Numbered from the stretch's first letter, positions 28,153 through 38,655 are shown. The stretch: 64,000 bases of DNA from Gammaproteobacteria bacterium (GCA_002747055.1 PDSQ01000028.1:17516-81515); one strand, 5' to 3'. The notes: generated by a model not told the origin, from the sequence alone. Translations and numbers: made by a program.

Positions 28153-30279
28153 TCAGTCTAACTTGGCACCATTTAGTGCTCTTAACAAAACACCCACTGT
28201 GGTGCCGTTGTGCAGCAATGTCGTCAGCACAGGCGACAAAACACCCCCTGCCGCCCCCAACAACACCAAGGTATTGATGCCGACTGCCAGTTGGTAATTG
28301 GTTTTGATCAACGCCATGCTTTGTTGGGCAAGAAACAAAGCATCCGTCAAACTGCTCAGATGATCTTCCAGTAATACTACGTCTGCACTTGCCCTTGCCA
28401 GCTCCGAGCCACTGGCCATGGAAATACCGACATCAGCATTGACAAGTGCCGGGCCATCATTGACACCATCACCCACATAGGCAACCCGATAGCCCTGCTC
28501 CTGAAGCTGCCTGATTACATCGGCTTTTTCCTCCGGCACCTGCTCCGCAAAGACCGAATCTATTCCCAGCTCTGCTGCCATCGCCTCCGCTTTGGGTTGC
28601 CTGTCACCTGTCAACAAAGCGATTTGCTCAATCCCCATCGCGTGTAGCCGGCTCACTACCGACGACGCCTCGGTCCGAACCTGTGTCAGCAACCCGATTA
28701 TGCCAACAGTTTTGTTCGAGGTGCCCACGTATAGCAAGGTTTTACCTTCACTTTCCATTTTCACGATAAGTTCTTCATAGTCGGCAAAGGAAATCCCTTC
28801 GTGCTCCTCCAGATAATGACGGCTGCCAATCACCAGGACATCATCATTGACCGGACAATTCATACCATGCGCGACAATATATTCCACTTCACCATGGTCA
28901 ATATGATTCAGGCTCTCTTCCTTTGCTTTGCGAACGATTGCCTCGGCGATAGGATGACTTGCATGCTCCTCGATGGAAGCGGTCACGGCAAGTAGCCGAT
29001 CCCGCGTCCAGAGCCCGGGATCCAACACTTCCACGTCAGTGACCATCAACTGACTGTAGGTCAATGTGCCCGTTTTGTCGAAAACGACACAATCCACATC
29101 TGCCAACTGTTCTATTGCATTACCACCTTTAAACAAGATGCCGTTCCGCGCCCCATTGTACATACCCGACTTAAATGCCACTGGTGTGCCCAGCTTCAGG
29201 GCACAGGAGTAATCGACCAGGAAAATAGACTCCAAACGCCTGGTATCTCCGGTTAACAGATAAATCAAAGCGCCCGTTCCCAAAGTCAAATAGACGCGCT
29301 GATCAGCCTGCTGTTGCGCCAGTCGCACCGACTTCGACTTATCTTCCAGTGAGCGGGACATAAACTGGGCTATTCGGGCTGTGGTGGTTTCATCGCCAAC
29401 AAACCGGGCCTCCACTCTAAGCCGCCCTTCCTCGATGACCGTACCGGCGATAGCCCGATCCATGACTTCTTTTCTAACCGGCAGATCTTCGCCGGTAATG
29501 GACGACTGATTGACCAGTGCCGCGCCATCGACAATCAAGCCATCGACCGGAAGTTTTTCGCCGACACCAACCTCAACAAATTCGCCATGCCTGACCTGTT
29601 CACCAGGCACCTCGACCAAGACGCCATCTCGCTCTACCCAGGCCGAGGGCACTTGAGGTCTGAGTAATTGCTTGAGCAACCTGTTTGACTGCTGCTCTGT
29701 GGCTGTTTCAAGATAACTGCCCAAACGCATTAAAAAAGACGTTATATTTGCCGCCAGATAACCACCCTTGTAGGCTGTCAACCCCACTGCGATCGCATCC
29801 AGCACTTCCATCTTGATACCTTCGCTGAAAAAGGTTTTCACCCCGGCCAGCAACGTTGGGAAAATATTCAAGTAAGTCAGTATTTGACGCTGGGATTCAC
29901 CCAGAAAGGGCATACTTACGATCAAGCCAGACGACACCAGCATCGGCGCCAGTTCAGGTAGCTCATCCACCTCTGATCCACCCTGGGGAATATCGTCGAC
30001 AGATAGCTGACTGACACAATTGACGATGCGCTCTTTTGCAGCTGCTTCACCGTTATAATCAAATATAACGGACATCGCTGCCGGATTGATACGCACTCTG
30101 TCGACGCCATTCAGACTATCCAGCTTGACTTGAAGCCAGCTAAAATCGATCCCCTGGTCACGTAACAGGCGAAGTTTGAAACGCAACCGGACTGGCGTTT
30201 CATGCACCAGCTTACACCCGTTTTCTCTATTCACAGGCAACATCCTTTGAACGGCAGTTGGCTTCAACCATTTTGTCAT
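28153..30279 (-). CDS. fezB: P1B-6-type P-type ATPase (FezB-like, putative Fe2+ pump)
   Basis: TGE, DKTGT, HP and GDGVND motifs; TM4 'DYSCAL', TM6 'LHNGTT'; N-terminal 'HETPVRLRF' R-rich HMA2-like domain; no CPC/CPH. Confidence 0.88.
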   Translation of the reverse strand: MTKWLKPTAVQRMLPVNRENGCKLVHETPVRLRFKLRLLRDQGIDFSWLQVKLDSLNGVDRVRINPAAMSVIFDYNGEAAAKERIVNCVSQLSVDDIPQGGSEVDELPELAPMLVSSGLIVSMPFLGESQRQILTYLNIFPTLLAGVKTFFSEGIKMEVLDAIAVGLTAYKGGYLAANITSFLMRLGSYLETATEQQSNRLLKQLLRPQVPSAWVERDGVLVEVPGEQVRHGEFVEVGVGEKLPVDGLIVDGAALVNQSSITGEDLPVRKEVMDRAIAGTVIEEGRLRVEARFVGDETTTARIAQFMSRSLEDKSKSVRLAQQQADQRVYLTLGTGALIYLLTGDTRRLESIFLVDYSCALKLGTPVAFKSGMYNGARNGILFKGGNAIEQLADVDCVVFDKTGTLTYSQLMVTDVEVLDPGLWTRDRLLAVTASIEEHASHPIAEAIVRKAKEESLNHIDHGEVEYIVAHGMNCPVNDDVLVIGSRHYLEEHEGISFADYEELIVKMESEGKTLLYVGTSNKTVGIIGLLTQVRTEASSVVSRLHAMGIEQIALLTGDRQPKAEAMAAELGIDSVFAEQVPEEKADVIRQLQEQGYRVAYVGDGVNDGPALVNADVGISMASGSELARASADVVLLEDHLSSLTDALFLAQQSMALIKTNYQLAVGINTLVLLGAAGGVLSPVLTTLLHNGTTVGVLLRALNGAKLD

Positions 30280-30308
30280 TTTTTGATTGTTTCCTTATTG
30301 CCTGCTTA

Positions 30309-30725
30309 TTACTTTTGTTCGGCCTGAATTTCTGCTTCGGCATCCCTGAAACGCTCCTTCATCTCTTCCACGCCACCCTGTAATGACATCCAAAGACGAA
30401 CCGAGGATTTAATCAGGCTTTGCTGCACTGCCTCATTGGACAGCAGATAAGCCGTCGCCGCACCGATCGCCGCGCCCTTCAAAAAACTGGTATTTGTAAA
30501 ATTGAACAGCGGCTGTCGTTCACCCTGACCACCGCGTCGCGCGCGGCCCGGCGACGATACTCCAGATGCGGGTACTGACGGTGACATTTGGGAATAACCA
30601 TAGCCATGGGAATAGCCATATCCTGACTCTGGATTTACACTTTGCATATACCCCTGAGACGGGGAATAGCGCCCATAACCCGCCGTATAGCCAGAGTGGG
30701 GATGGGGTGCGTAGTGGTTAATCAT
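30309..30725 (-). CDS. GxxxG/YtxH-like membrane protein with Tyr/Gly/Ser-rich N-terminus (Fez accessory)
   Basis: AAGGAG RBS before MINHY; 'SFLKGAAIGAATAYLLSNE...GGVEEMKERFRDAEAE'. Confidence 0.75.
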   Translation of the reverse strand: MINHYAPHPHSGYTAGYGRYSPSQGYMQSVNPESGYGYSHGYGYSQMSPSVPASGVSSPGRARRGGQGERQPLFNFTNTSFLKGAAIGAATAYLLSNEAVQQSLIKSSVRLWMSLQGGVEEMKERFRDAEAEIQAEQK

Positions 30726-31122
30726 CGGTATCTCCTTGTGCTTTAATATTTCCTGGTAAGCCGCCCAATACGTAGGAAACTGTGGTACCGGCGGCAAAAC
30801 TTGCCAGCAATGACAGCGCCGGCTTGTCTTCAAATACAAGTCCAGCGGCTTTCGCTGCGCCAGCCGCAACGCCGAGCGTCGCGCTGGCTTTGGCAACACT
30901 CTTGAGCGCCTGCCGCTTATCGAAGCGCCCTTGCGATACCTCATACAAACTCATCGCAACAGCACCGGTGGCGCCAATCATGGCGCCCGTCTTGACGGCA
31001 CTCAATACTTTCTGGCTACGGGAAGGATAAAGCGGATAATAGCCGGTACCAGATTGATCATAACCATAATGCAAATGGTAAGGGTCATTATTGACGTGAG
31101 CATAAACCGGGGCTTTTTTCAT
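30718..31122 (-). CDS. Gly/Ala-zipper membrane protein (MamC-like Fez accessory)
   Basis: GGAGA RBS; 'GAMIGATGAVA', 'LGVAAGAAKAAG', 'FAAGTTVSY'; His/Tyr-rich N-terminus. Confidence 0.7.
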   Translation of the reverse strand: MKKAPVYAHVNNDPYHLHYGYDQSGTGYYPLYPSRSQKVLSAVKTGAMIGATGAVAMSLYEVSQGRFDKRQALKSVAKASATLGVAAGAAKAAGLVFEDKPALSLLASFAAGTTVSYVLGGLPGNIKAQGDTDD

Positions 31123-31146
31123 TACTAATTTCTCCAAAAGTTAACC

Positions 31147-31770
31147 CTATTCAGCCGGCTCTGATCCAGTCGCATCGGCCTGGTTAGAACCCTGTCTTTC
31201 GGGTTCAGAATTTCTGCTTTCCGGCTTCACCTTCATCGTTGCCATCAACTTGGCCAAGGTGGCCATGATATTTTCCCGGACGTTTTCGTTAGTCGCCAGC
31301 AATGCGATTACGGCACCCAGAGCCGCCCCTTTCCAAAACTCCTTATCATCCATTGACAACAATTCCGCAATACTGCTCAACCCCATGGATTCGCTCAATC
31401 CCTGCAACATGGCATTCATTCCGCCTTCTTCTTTTTTGGCTGCGGGTGGTATCTGCTGCCCCTGCATATTAGCGGCAAAGGCTTCGGGTGGCATCTGATG
31501 ATGGCCTTGATACGCCGGGTGCGCATATGGCTGTTGGGGGCCGGGATAATGAGGATGATGCGGGTTAATCCCGTAAGGAGGCAAACCGGAATACGGAAGA
31601 TGGTGCGGGTGTAGCCCCCAAGGCGGCATTTCAGGGTGCCCGGCAGCGAACTCCGGTGGTACCTGAGCCCGATCATGGTGAATCTCTGCCTGCCCTGGCG
31701 ACCCTGGCTGCCTTCCGGGAGCCGCTTGTGCGTACGGGTTGTAACCAGAAAATTGATTGTGATCATTCAT
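31147..31770 (-). CDS. GxxxG/YtxH-like membrane protein with long Pro/His/Gln-rich N-terminus (Fez accessory)
   Basis: 'EFWKGAALGAVIALLATNENVRE'; first gene of the operon; likely start MNDHNQF. Confidence 0.75.
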   Translation of the reverse strand: MNDHNQFSGYNPYAQAAPGRQPGSPGQAEIHHDRAQVPPEFAAGHPEMPPWGLHPHHLPYSGLPPYGINPHHPHYPGPQQPYAHPAYQGHHQMPPEAFAANMQGQQIPPAAKKEEGGMNAMLQGLSESMGLSSIAELLSMDDKEFWKGAALGAVIALLATNENVRENIMATLAKLMATMKVKPESRNSEPERQGSNQADATGSEPAE

Positions 31771-31825
31771 ATCGATAAACCTGCCATTTTTTTGTGCGAG
31801 AGACTCCAGTGCAACGGGCAAGCCG

Positions 31826-31844
31826 CCCACTGATTATCGTCATC
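31826..31844 (-). promoter_or_regulatory. Fur-like box upstream of the ATPase operon
   Basis: Minus strand GATGACGATAATCAGTGGG, 13/19. Confidence 0.4.
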
Positions 31845-31955
31845 GGGAAAGCCTCAGCCGATCCAAGTTGGAAAAGGTATTGTGGGGTATTTTTGCGGTT
31901 AAATGCAAGCGCATCGAGACACCTAGGCCGCAGAAACAGGGCGTTTCGGCGGAAG

Positions 31956-31970
31956 TGAGAATCATCCTCA
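31956..31970. promoter_or_regulatory. Fur-like 7-1-7 inverted repeat in the divergent promoter region
   Basis: TGAGAAT-C-ATCCTCA, inside the palindrome GTGAG...CTCAC. Confidence 0.55.
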
Positions 31971-32078
31971 CAACACGTAGCCGACAACTCGACATTCGGC
32001 ATAATTCGTTACTTTTTCATACTGTTTAAATATAACGGTTAGTGCTAAGATCAATGCTCGATGAGTCAGGAAAAAACG

Positions 32079-32330
32079 ATGAGCGAAGAAAAGCCAAGCC
32101 CACCCGAAGACTGGGAATGCTGTGGCGGTGGCTGTACGCCTTGTGTCTGGGACAGATATTACGACCAATTAAACGTCTGGCATAACAATCAGGCAAAGGC
32201 TGCTGCAAAAACCGAAGAAACCGGCCAACAAAAAACGCCCGATGATGTTGCTGAAGCCAAACCGGATGAACGACAACAGCCAACAAAGTCAAAGCCTTCA
32301 ACGATCAGAAAAAATTACGGCTGGAGATAA
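32079..32330 (+). CDS. Oxidoreductase-like N-terminal domain protein (CCxxGCxxC)
   Basis: 'KPSPPEDWECCGGGCTPCVWDRY'; AGGA RBS. Confidence 0.8.
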   Translation: MSEEKPSPPEDWECCGGGCTPCVWDRYYDQLNVWHNNQAKAAAKTEETGQQKTPDDVAEAKPDERQQPTKSKPSTIRKNYGWR

Positions 32331-32463
32331 AATCATCCGTATTTTATTGGCGGCTCAACGTAACAAATTTATTACAAACGGTCGATTCAAATGAATTGGT
32401 AAGCAAGCAGTCATGAAAAAGCCTCTATTTCTCAACTTCAAGCGCAAAAATTCCTTTTTTTTC

Positions 32464-32636
32464 TTCACGACCGTCAATATTGCGTATACACTTTGAGCTA
32501 GAGTCTGGGCGATCTGAATTAGTTAGATCCGGTTCCATGGTGCCTGTGCCCGGTGTAACCTTGTCTTCCTTGTCCCCAAGCCTCAGCGTCGCGCCCTCTT
32601 GGGTATTCAAACAAGCAATTCAAAGGTAATACGAGT
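32464..32636 (+). promoter_or_regulatory. sigma70 promoter and long csp 5' UTR
   Basis: TTCACG-N17-TACACT at 32464-32492, then about 140 nt of leader, as is typical of csp mRNAs. Confidence 0.5.
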
Positions 32637-32849
32637 ATGTCTGATAAGCAGACCGGTACGGTCAAATGGTTCAATGAAAGCAAAGGGTACGGATTCATCA
32701 CCCGGGAAAACGGTCGTGATTTATTTGTCCATTTCAGTAACATCGAAGCTTCCGGCTTTAAAACCTTGAAAGAAGGGCAAGCAGTCAGCTTTGTAGAGGG
32801 AACAGGAACCAAGGGCCCCCAGGCTGAAAATGTGCAACCCTTGGACTAA
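32637..32849 (+). CDS. Cold-shock protein (CspA family)
   Basis: '[15 protein letters not shown]', 'VHFS', 'KGPQAENV'. Confidence 0.97.
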   Translation: MSDKQTGTVKWFNESKGYGFITRENGRDLFVHFSNIEASGFKTLKEGQAVSFVEGTGTKGPQAENVQPLD

Positions 32850-32877
32850 CCCCTTTAATTCCAGTCAATCACTGAGC

Positions 32878-32913
32878 CAGACGTGCATTTAGCGATGCAC
32901 GTCTGCAGGTTTT
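32878..32913 (+). terminator. Probable terminator after csp
   Basis: CAGACGTGCAT-TTAGCG-ATGCACGTCTG 11-bp perfect stem with a weak T-tract. Confidence 0.6.
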
Positions 32914-32996
32914 GTCACTCTTTCCGTTTTCTATGTTGCCTTTGGCGACTCATCAAACAATCCACTCCAATCATCACTACCTGACAGGAAACCACC

Positions 32997-33461
32997 ATGG
33001 CCATTACAGACGGCAAAGTCGTTACGATACACTACACCCTTAAAGACAACGAAGGCCAAACACTTGACTCTACCGGCGAAGGCGAGCCACTGGCTTACTT
33101 ACATGGTACGCAAAGCATTGTTCCCGGCCTGGAATCGGCATTGACCGGCAAAACGTCCGGAGACAGCGTTTCAGTCTCCATTTCGCCGGCAGACGGTTAT
33201 GGCCCTCACGTTCCGGAATTGGTTCAGGAAGTACCCAAAGAGGCGTTTGAGGGTGTTGATGAAATTATTCCCGGCATGGCATTCAATGCCGATACCGAAA
33301 ACGGGCAAACACATCGGGTCGTTGTCACTGCTGTTAGCGACAGCACAGTGACTGTCGATGGCAACCATCCTCTCGCCGGCCAAGAGCTGAACTTTGATGT
33401 CGATGTTGTGGCCGTGCGGGACGCCAGCGACGAAGAAATCTCTCACGGCCACGTTCATTAG
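32997..33461 (+). CDS. slyD: FKBP-type PPIase SlyD (short tail)
   Basis: 'VVTIHYTL', 'DGNHPLAG', ends 'HGHVH'. Confidence 0.93.
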   Translation: MAITDGKVVTIHYTLKDNEGQTLDSTGEGEPLAYLHGTQSIVPGLESALTGKTSGDSVSVSISPADGYGPHVPELVQEVPKEAFEGVDEIIPGMAFNADTENGQTHRVVVTAVSDSTVTVDGNHPLAGQELNFDVDVVAVRDASDEEISHGHVH

Positions 33462-33603
33462 GTTTCAACCTTGCAATGCGGTTATCCTCTGCAAGCAATG
33501 AGCACTGGTCTGTGCCGTTATGGTAGCGACACAGCAAACCGCTCACCGTGACTGGTTAGCTGGCTGCCATGGAGTCCCATCGGTACTTCGCTTAGCGGCT
33601 TTA

Positions 33604-35211
33604 TCAAGCCACTTCGGGATTCGCGAATTCCTCGCTATAGCGCGATTCCAACTCATCGCCTTTAACCAGCAGATATTCAAAGGCCGACAGCGATGCCTTG
33701 GCGCCTTCACCCATCGCAATAATGATTTGTTTGTACGGAACGGTCGTGACATCACCACAGGCATAAATCCCGTCTGCCGAAGTTTGGCATTTTTCGTTGA
33801 CTGTGACTTCCCCATAAGGAGTCAGCTCGATCACCCCTTGGACAAATTTACTATTAGCCACCAGACCTATTTGCACAAATACCCCATCGAGTGCCAGATT
33901 ATAGGTCTGTTTTGTTTCCCGATTCAGATATTCAATACCACTGACTTTGCCATTCGTTGCCTTTATTTCTTTAGTAGCGACGTTTTTATGGATAGCAATA
34001 TTATCACGAGCCAATGCCCGATCAACCAATACTTGATCCGCTTTCAATTCCGGTGAAAATTCAAACACCGTGACAGACTTGACAATACCAGCCAAATCTA
34101 ACGCCGCCTCGATACCTGAGTTGCCGCCACCGATAACGGCTACATCTTTACCTTTAAAGAAAGGGCCATCACAATGAGGGCAGTAAGCCACGCCATTCCC
34201 GATGTTTTCTTGTTCACCCGGCACACCCAGTTCACGCCATTTAGCACCGGTAGCAACAATCAGCGTTTTGGAATGGATCACTTCACCCGACGACAATGTC
34301 ACGGTTTTGATATCGCCCTGTTCAACTTGATTCACTTTCAAATGCTCTTTGACAGTCACATCATATTCATTGAGATGGCCTTGCAATGCATTCGCCAACT
34401 CGGGTCCGGTCGTTTTAGGAACCGAAATTAGATTTTCTATCCCCATAGTATCTTTTACCTGGCCCCCAATTCGATCCGCAATCAAGGTGACTTTCAACCC
34501 TTTTCGCGCACTATAGATGGCGGCACTGACACCGGCAGGCCCACCGCCTATAACGGTGACATCCTGCAATGGCGATGACTCACCCGCACCCGCCTGGGCG
34601 ATGTTGGGATTTCTTCGAATTAATTTATCAATCAGCTCGGCAGCCGTTACCTTGCCGTTGGCGAACCGTTCTCCATTTAGATAAACACAAGGAACACCCT
34701 GGATATCTCTTTCGTTTACCCTGTCCTGGAATAAACCACCGTCAATCATTTCCACTTCAATGCCAGCATTGACTAACGCAAATTGATTCAATGCTTGCAC
34801 GATATCCGGGCAGTTATGGCAACTCAAGCTGACAAATACTTCAAACTTTAGGTCGCCAGAAATATTGGCAAGCCTATTTTTTAAAACATCGTCCAATTTG
34901 ATTTCAGCGCCGGACGCTTGTAAAAAAGCCAATACCAATGAATTAAATTCATGGCCACTGGGAATACCGGAAAAACGAATCCCCGTATCTTCTCCATCCG
35001 CTTCGATTAGGAAACTGATTGGACTTCTCAAGCTGCTTGACACATTTCGCTGTTCAAATCGCAAGTTTTCACTCACATTGGCAATCTCTGTCAGGAACTT
35101 AACCAGCTCCGATCGTTTCTCATGTTCACCGGTTTGCAAGACGAAGCTAACCGTCTTTTGCATCTTTGCGGTGTAACTTTTTAACGCAGTGACAATATCG
35201 TTCGTTAACAT
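33604..35211 (-). CDS. ahpF: Alkyl hydroperoxide reductase subunit F
   Basis: 'SLSCHNCPD', 'GGGPAG', 'YCPHCDGP', 'GGGNSG'. Confidence 0.97.
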   Translation of the reverse strand: MLTNDIVTALKSYTAKMQKTVSFVLQTGEHEKRSELVKFLTEIANVSENLRFEQRNVSSSLRSPISFLIEADGEDTGIRFSGIPSGHEFNSLVLAFLQASGAEIKLDDVLKNRLANISGDLKFEVFVSLSCHNCPDIVQALNQFALVNAGIEVEMIDGGLFQDRVNERDIQGVPCVYLNGERFANGKVTAAELIDKLIRRNPNIAQAGAGESSPLQDVTVIGGGPAGVSAAIYSARKGLKVTLIADRIGGQVKDTMGIENLISVPKTTGPELANALQGHLNEYDVTVKEHLKVNQVEQGDIKTVTLSSGEVIHSKTLIVATGAKWRELGVPGEQENIGNGVAYCPHCDGPFFKGKDVAVIGGGNSGIEAALDLAGIVKSVTVFEFSPELKADQVLVDRALARDNIAIHKNVATKEIKATNGKVSGIEYLNRETKQTYNLALDGVFVQIGLVANSKFVQGVIELTPYGEVTVNEKCQTSADGIYACGDVTTVPYKQIIIAMGEGAKASLSAFEYLLVKGDELESRYSEEFANPEVA

Positions 35212-35291
35212 TTTGGATTTCCTTTCTGTTCGTGCCCAATTCAGTCAGAGGGTTGAGCCCAGTATTGCAAGGCCCAGACTATGCATTGCCG

Positions 35292-35855
35292 TTAAATTTT
35301 TCCGACCAGATCCAGAGAGGGTGCCAATGTTTCTTCGCCTTCTTTCCACGCCGCCGGACACACTTCACCGGGATGCGCAGCAACATATTGAGCGGCTTTT
35401 ACTTTACGCACCAGATCGTCGGCATCACGGCCCACCCCTTCGGCAGTGATTTCAATGGCCTGAATAACCCCATCAGGATCAACCACGAAAGTAGCGCGAT
35501 CTGCCAAGCCTTGGTCTTCTCGCATCACATCGAAGTGACGCGTAATCTCACCTTTAGGATCACCAATCATGGTGTATTTGATTTTGCCAATAGTGTCTGA
35601 AGAATCGTGCCAGGCTTTATGGGTAAAATGGGTATCGGTGGATACCGAGTAAATCTCAACGCCACGCTTTTGGAATTCTTCGTAGTGATCGGCAATATCA
35701 CCTAGCTCTGTGGGACAGACAAAAGTGAAATCTGCCGGGTAGAAAAAGAACACCGACCACTTTCCTTTAAGATCCTGGTCTGATACTTCGATAAATTCAC
35801 CCTCTTTAAAAGCTGTTGCCTGGAAAGGTTTGATCTGCGTATTGATAAGTGCCAT
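35292..35855 (-). CDS. ahpC: Peroxiredoxin AhpC
   Basis: '[13 protein letters not shown]', 'GEVCPA.W', 'LDLVGKI'. Confidence 0.98.
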   Translation of the reverse strand: MALINTQIKPFQATAFKEGEFIEVSDQDLKGKWSVFFFYPADFTFVCPTELGDIADHYEEFQKRGVEIYSVSTDTHFTHKAWHDSSDTIGKIKYTMIGDPKGEITRHFDVMREDQGLADRATFVVDPDGVIQAIEITAEGVGRDADDLVRKVKAAQYVAAHPGEVCPAAWKEGEETLAPSLDLVGKI

Positions 35856-36008
35856 GTTGGCCTCCTCGAGGTTGATTGTTGTCTCGGTGATTGAGTTCGG
35901 TAATCACTATATGGCCAACGCATACCCCAGTAAATTTGATTAAAAAGAAGATGATGTTCTATTATTCCGAACATAAAAACGAACCGACAGGATTCGCTCG
36001 CTATAATA

Positions 36009-36899
36009 ATGATTTCGATAAAACAACTGCACTACGCCGTAGCGGTAGAAAAGTTACTCCACTTCAAAAAAGCGGCAGAGCACTGCCGCATCAGCCAATC
36101 GGCCCTGAGCACTGCATTGAATGAACTGGAAAAACAACTGGGTATCCAAATTTTCGAACGTGACAACAAGAAAGTTCTGGTAACTCCTCTAGGCAAGGAA
36201 GTGTTGAGTCGGGCCAGAGACATACTATTGCAGGTGAAAGATTTGCAGCATCTTGCCGACAATCAGAAAGATCCGCTCAGTTTTCCCTTAACTGTGGGGG
36301 TAATACCTACTATCGCACCTTATCTATTGCCTCGAATCTTTCCCGCTCTGAATCGAGAGCATCCCAAATCCCATTTGAATATTGTGGAAGAACGCTCTCC
36401 GGTACTCCTGGATATGCTAAGAAAAGGGGAAATTGATACGGCTATATTGGCTTTGCCTTATCCTATCGATGGCCTGCTCAGTTTGGAATTCTGGCAAGAG
36501 GACTTTTATTGGGTCGCGTTGAAAGGCGACCCCTATACGGATCTAGACGAAATCACCAGCAATGAACTCAACCAAAGTCATTTGATGTTACTGAAAGATG
36601 GGCACTGTTTGAAAAATCATATTTTGGATGCCTGTAAATTACCCGAACAGACAGCTAACCACGGCTTTGGCGTCACCAGTTTAAGCACGCTGATCCAAAT
36701 GGTATTGGGGAAGCTGGGTACAACACTGGTACCCGAAATCGCGCTCGATCAGCTCGTATCACAAAACGATGCGTTAACCGCGATTCATTTGAATGAACCG
36801 GGGCCTCATCGACGTATCGCGTTCGTATTTCGGCCTAACTACACCCGGCTGTCCAGCATCGAAGCGCTGGTAAACATCTGCAAAGGAGCTTTGGACTAA
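36009..36899 (+). CDS. oxyR: OxyR-like LysR regulator
   Basis: LysR HTH; 'DGHCLKNHILDAC' has both redox Cys; divergent from ahpC. Confidence 0.9.
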   Translation: MISIKQLHYAVAVEKLLHFKKAAEHCRISQSALSTALNELEKQLGIQIFERDNKKVLVTPLGKEVLSRARDILLQVKDLQHLADNQKDPLSFPLTVGVIPTIAPYLLPRIFPALNREHPKSHLNIVEERSPVLLDMLRKGEIDTAILALPYPIDGLLSLEFWQEDFYWVALKGDPYTDLDEITSNELNQSHLMLLKDGHCLKNHILDACKLPEQTANHGFGVTSLSTLIQMVLGKLGTTLVPEIALDQLVSQNDALTAIHLNEPGPHRRIAFVFRPNYTRLSSIEALVNICKGALD

Positions 36900-37092
36900 A
36901 CAGATTGTCATTGGTTTTTAGATCATTGGTTTATCAGCTTATCGCAACCAAGAACAAGCAAAAAGTGTCCGTACGCAGTGGCCAATTGCGCCGGCACACC
37001 CAACTTGATCAGACTTCCTGCTTTGGTAACTGGTTTTGCGCGATGATTTATCCTCGCTCCGCATCGAATCCAGGCCACCGGAGCGCGGGTCA

Positions 37093-38655
37093 TTAACCCA
37101 AACTATCCACTGCGACAAAATACTTCGGGTCTTCCATTTCGTTGGTTTCCACCATGCGTCGGGCTTTTTTCAATACCTTCCGGCACTCGGGGCTGAGGTG
37201 ACGTAAATGCAGCATTTTACCTTCCGCTATGTAGCGATCGGCCAAAGCATCGATGGCTTCAATACCGGAATGATCACACACCCGGGAATAGAGAAAGTCA
37301 ATAATCACATCAGCAGAGTCATCTGCCGGTTTGAATTGTCTGGAAAAATCAGACACTGAACCAAAGAAAAGCGGCCCGTTCACCTCATAAACAGTCGAAC
37401 CATCCACGTCTTTTCTGATAATTGTCACGTGCTTGGCATGCTCCCAGGCAAAAACTAAGGCAGAGACAATGACGCCTACAATGACAGCGACAGCCAGGTC
37501 GGTCGCCACAGTCACACCGGAAACAAGAATCAGTATAAACGCATCATGCTTCGGTATATTTTTAAGAATGCGAAAGCTACTCCATTCGAACGTGCCCAAA
37601 ACGACGATAAACATCACGCCGACCAATGCAGCCACAGGAATTTGTTCGATTAAAGACGAGGCAAACAAAATAAACAACAAAAGACAGATTGCCGCGGTTA
37701 TACCCGACAGACGACCTCGACCGCCTGAATTGACATTGATCATACTCTGACCAATCATGGCGCAACCACCCATACCACCAAACATTCCGGTGACTGTATT
37801 GGCAACTCCCTGACCGATACACTCCCGGTTACCTCGCCCTCGCGTTTCGGTGATTTCGTCGACCAAACGCAGCGTCAAAAGCGACTCGATCAAACCGATT
37901 GCAGCCAAAATAACCGAATAAGGGAAAATAATGGTTAGCGTCTCCCAGTTAAACGGTACCATCGGAATATGAAACTCAGGCAGCCCGCCGGCAATCGAAG
38001 CCACATCGCCAACCACTTTGGTATCGAGATTAAGACCCAGAACCAAAAGGCTGACGACGACTATGGCGACAAGAGCGGCAGGCACAGCGGTAGTTAATCT
38101 GGGTAAAAAGTGAATAATGGCCATAGTCAGGGCAACCAGACCCAGCATCAGAGACAAAGAGCTTCCAGACATCCAGGCAACATCGATGACAGAACCCGCT
38201 AACGAGGTGCCAGTCAACCAGCCTTCGCCATTTATATCGCCAAACTGCTGCAATTGAGCCAGGCAAATCACAATGGCCAGGCCATTGACAAAACCCAGCA
38301 TAACCGGATGCGGCACCATACGGATAAATTTACCAAGTTTGAACACACCCGCAAGTATCTGAAGGATACCCATCAATACAACGGCGGCAAATAAATACTC
38401 CACACCATGATCGGCTACCAGTGCAACCATGACCACCGCCAAGGCACCCGTCGCCCCGGAAATCATACCGGGACGACCGCCAATCAGGGCGGTAATCAAA
38501 CCGACCATAAATGCGGCATAGAGCCCGACTAGCGGCTCCACTCCCGCTACGAACGCAAATGCCACCGCCTCTGGCACCAGCGCAAGCGCCACGGTCAAAC
38601 CAGACAGTAAATCCGCTTTTGAGCTGCCACCTTTATTGAGTTGTAATTCGAACAA
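37093..38655 (-). CDS. SulP/SLC26 anion transporter
   Basis: '[20 protein letters not shown]', 'GCAMIGQS', STAS 'GPLFFGS'. Confidence 0.94.
   Translation of the reverse strand: MFELQLNKGGSSKADLLSGLTVALALVPEAVAFAFVAGVEPLVGLYAAFMVGLITALIGGRPGMISGATGALAVVMVALVADHGVEYLFAAVVLMGILQILAGVFKLGKFIRMVPHPVMLGFVNGLAIVICLAQLQQFGDINGEGWLTGTSLAGSVIDVAWMSGSSLSLMLGLVALTMAIIHFLPRLTTAVPAALVAIVVVSLLVLGLNLDTKVVGDVASIAGGLPEFHIPMVPFNWETLTIIFPYSVILAAIGLIESLLTLRLVDEITETRGRGNRECIGQGVANTVTGMFGGMGGCAMIGQSMINVNSGGRGRLSGITAAICLLLFILFASSLIEQIPVAALVGVMFIVVLGTFEWSSFRILKNIPKHDAFILILVSGVTVATDLAVAVIVGVIVSALVFAWEHAKHVTIIRKDVDGSTVYEVNGPLFFGSVSDFSRQFKPADDSADVIIDFLYSRVCDHSGIEAIDALADRYIAEGKMLHLRHLSPECRKVLKKARRMVETNEMEDPKYFVAVDSLG

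Noticed and set aside
30726-30944. Extended N-termini in the ORF track (also 1692, 43626, 58218, 61875)
   Set aside because: Most overlap neighbouring genes or lack an RBS; downstream starts with an RBS or family-typical N-terminus fit better.
27921-31770. Magnetosome island, suggested by the MamC-like Gly-zipper protein
   Set aside because: No mamA/B/E/K/M/Q-like genes; the P1B-6 ATPase context fits ferrosome clusters.
35900-36008. OxyR operator between ahpC and oxyR
   Set aside because: Expected from context, but I could not match the ATAG-N7-CTAT repeat pattern convincingly.
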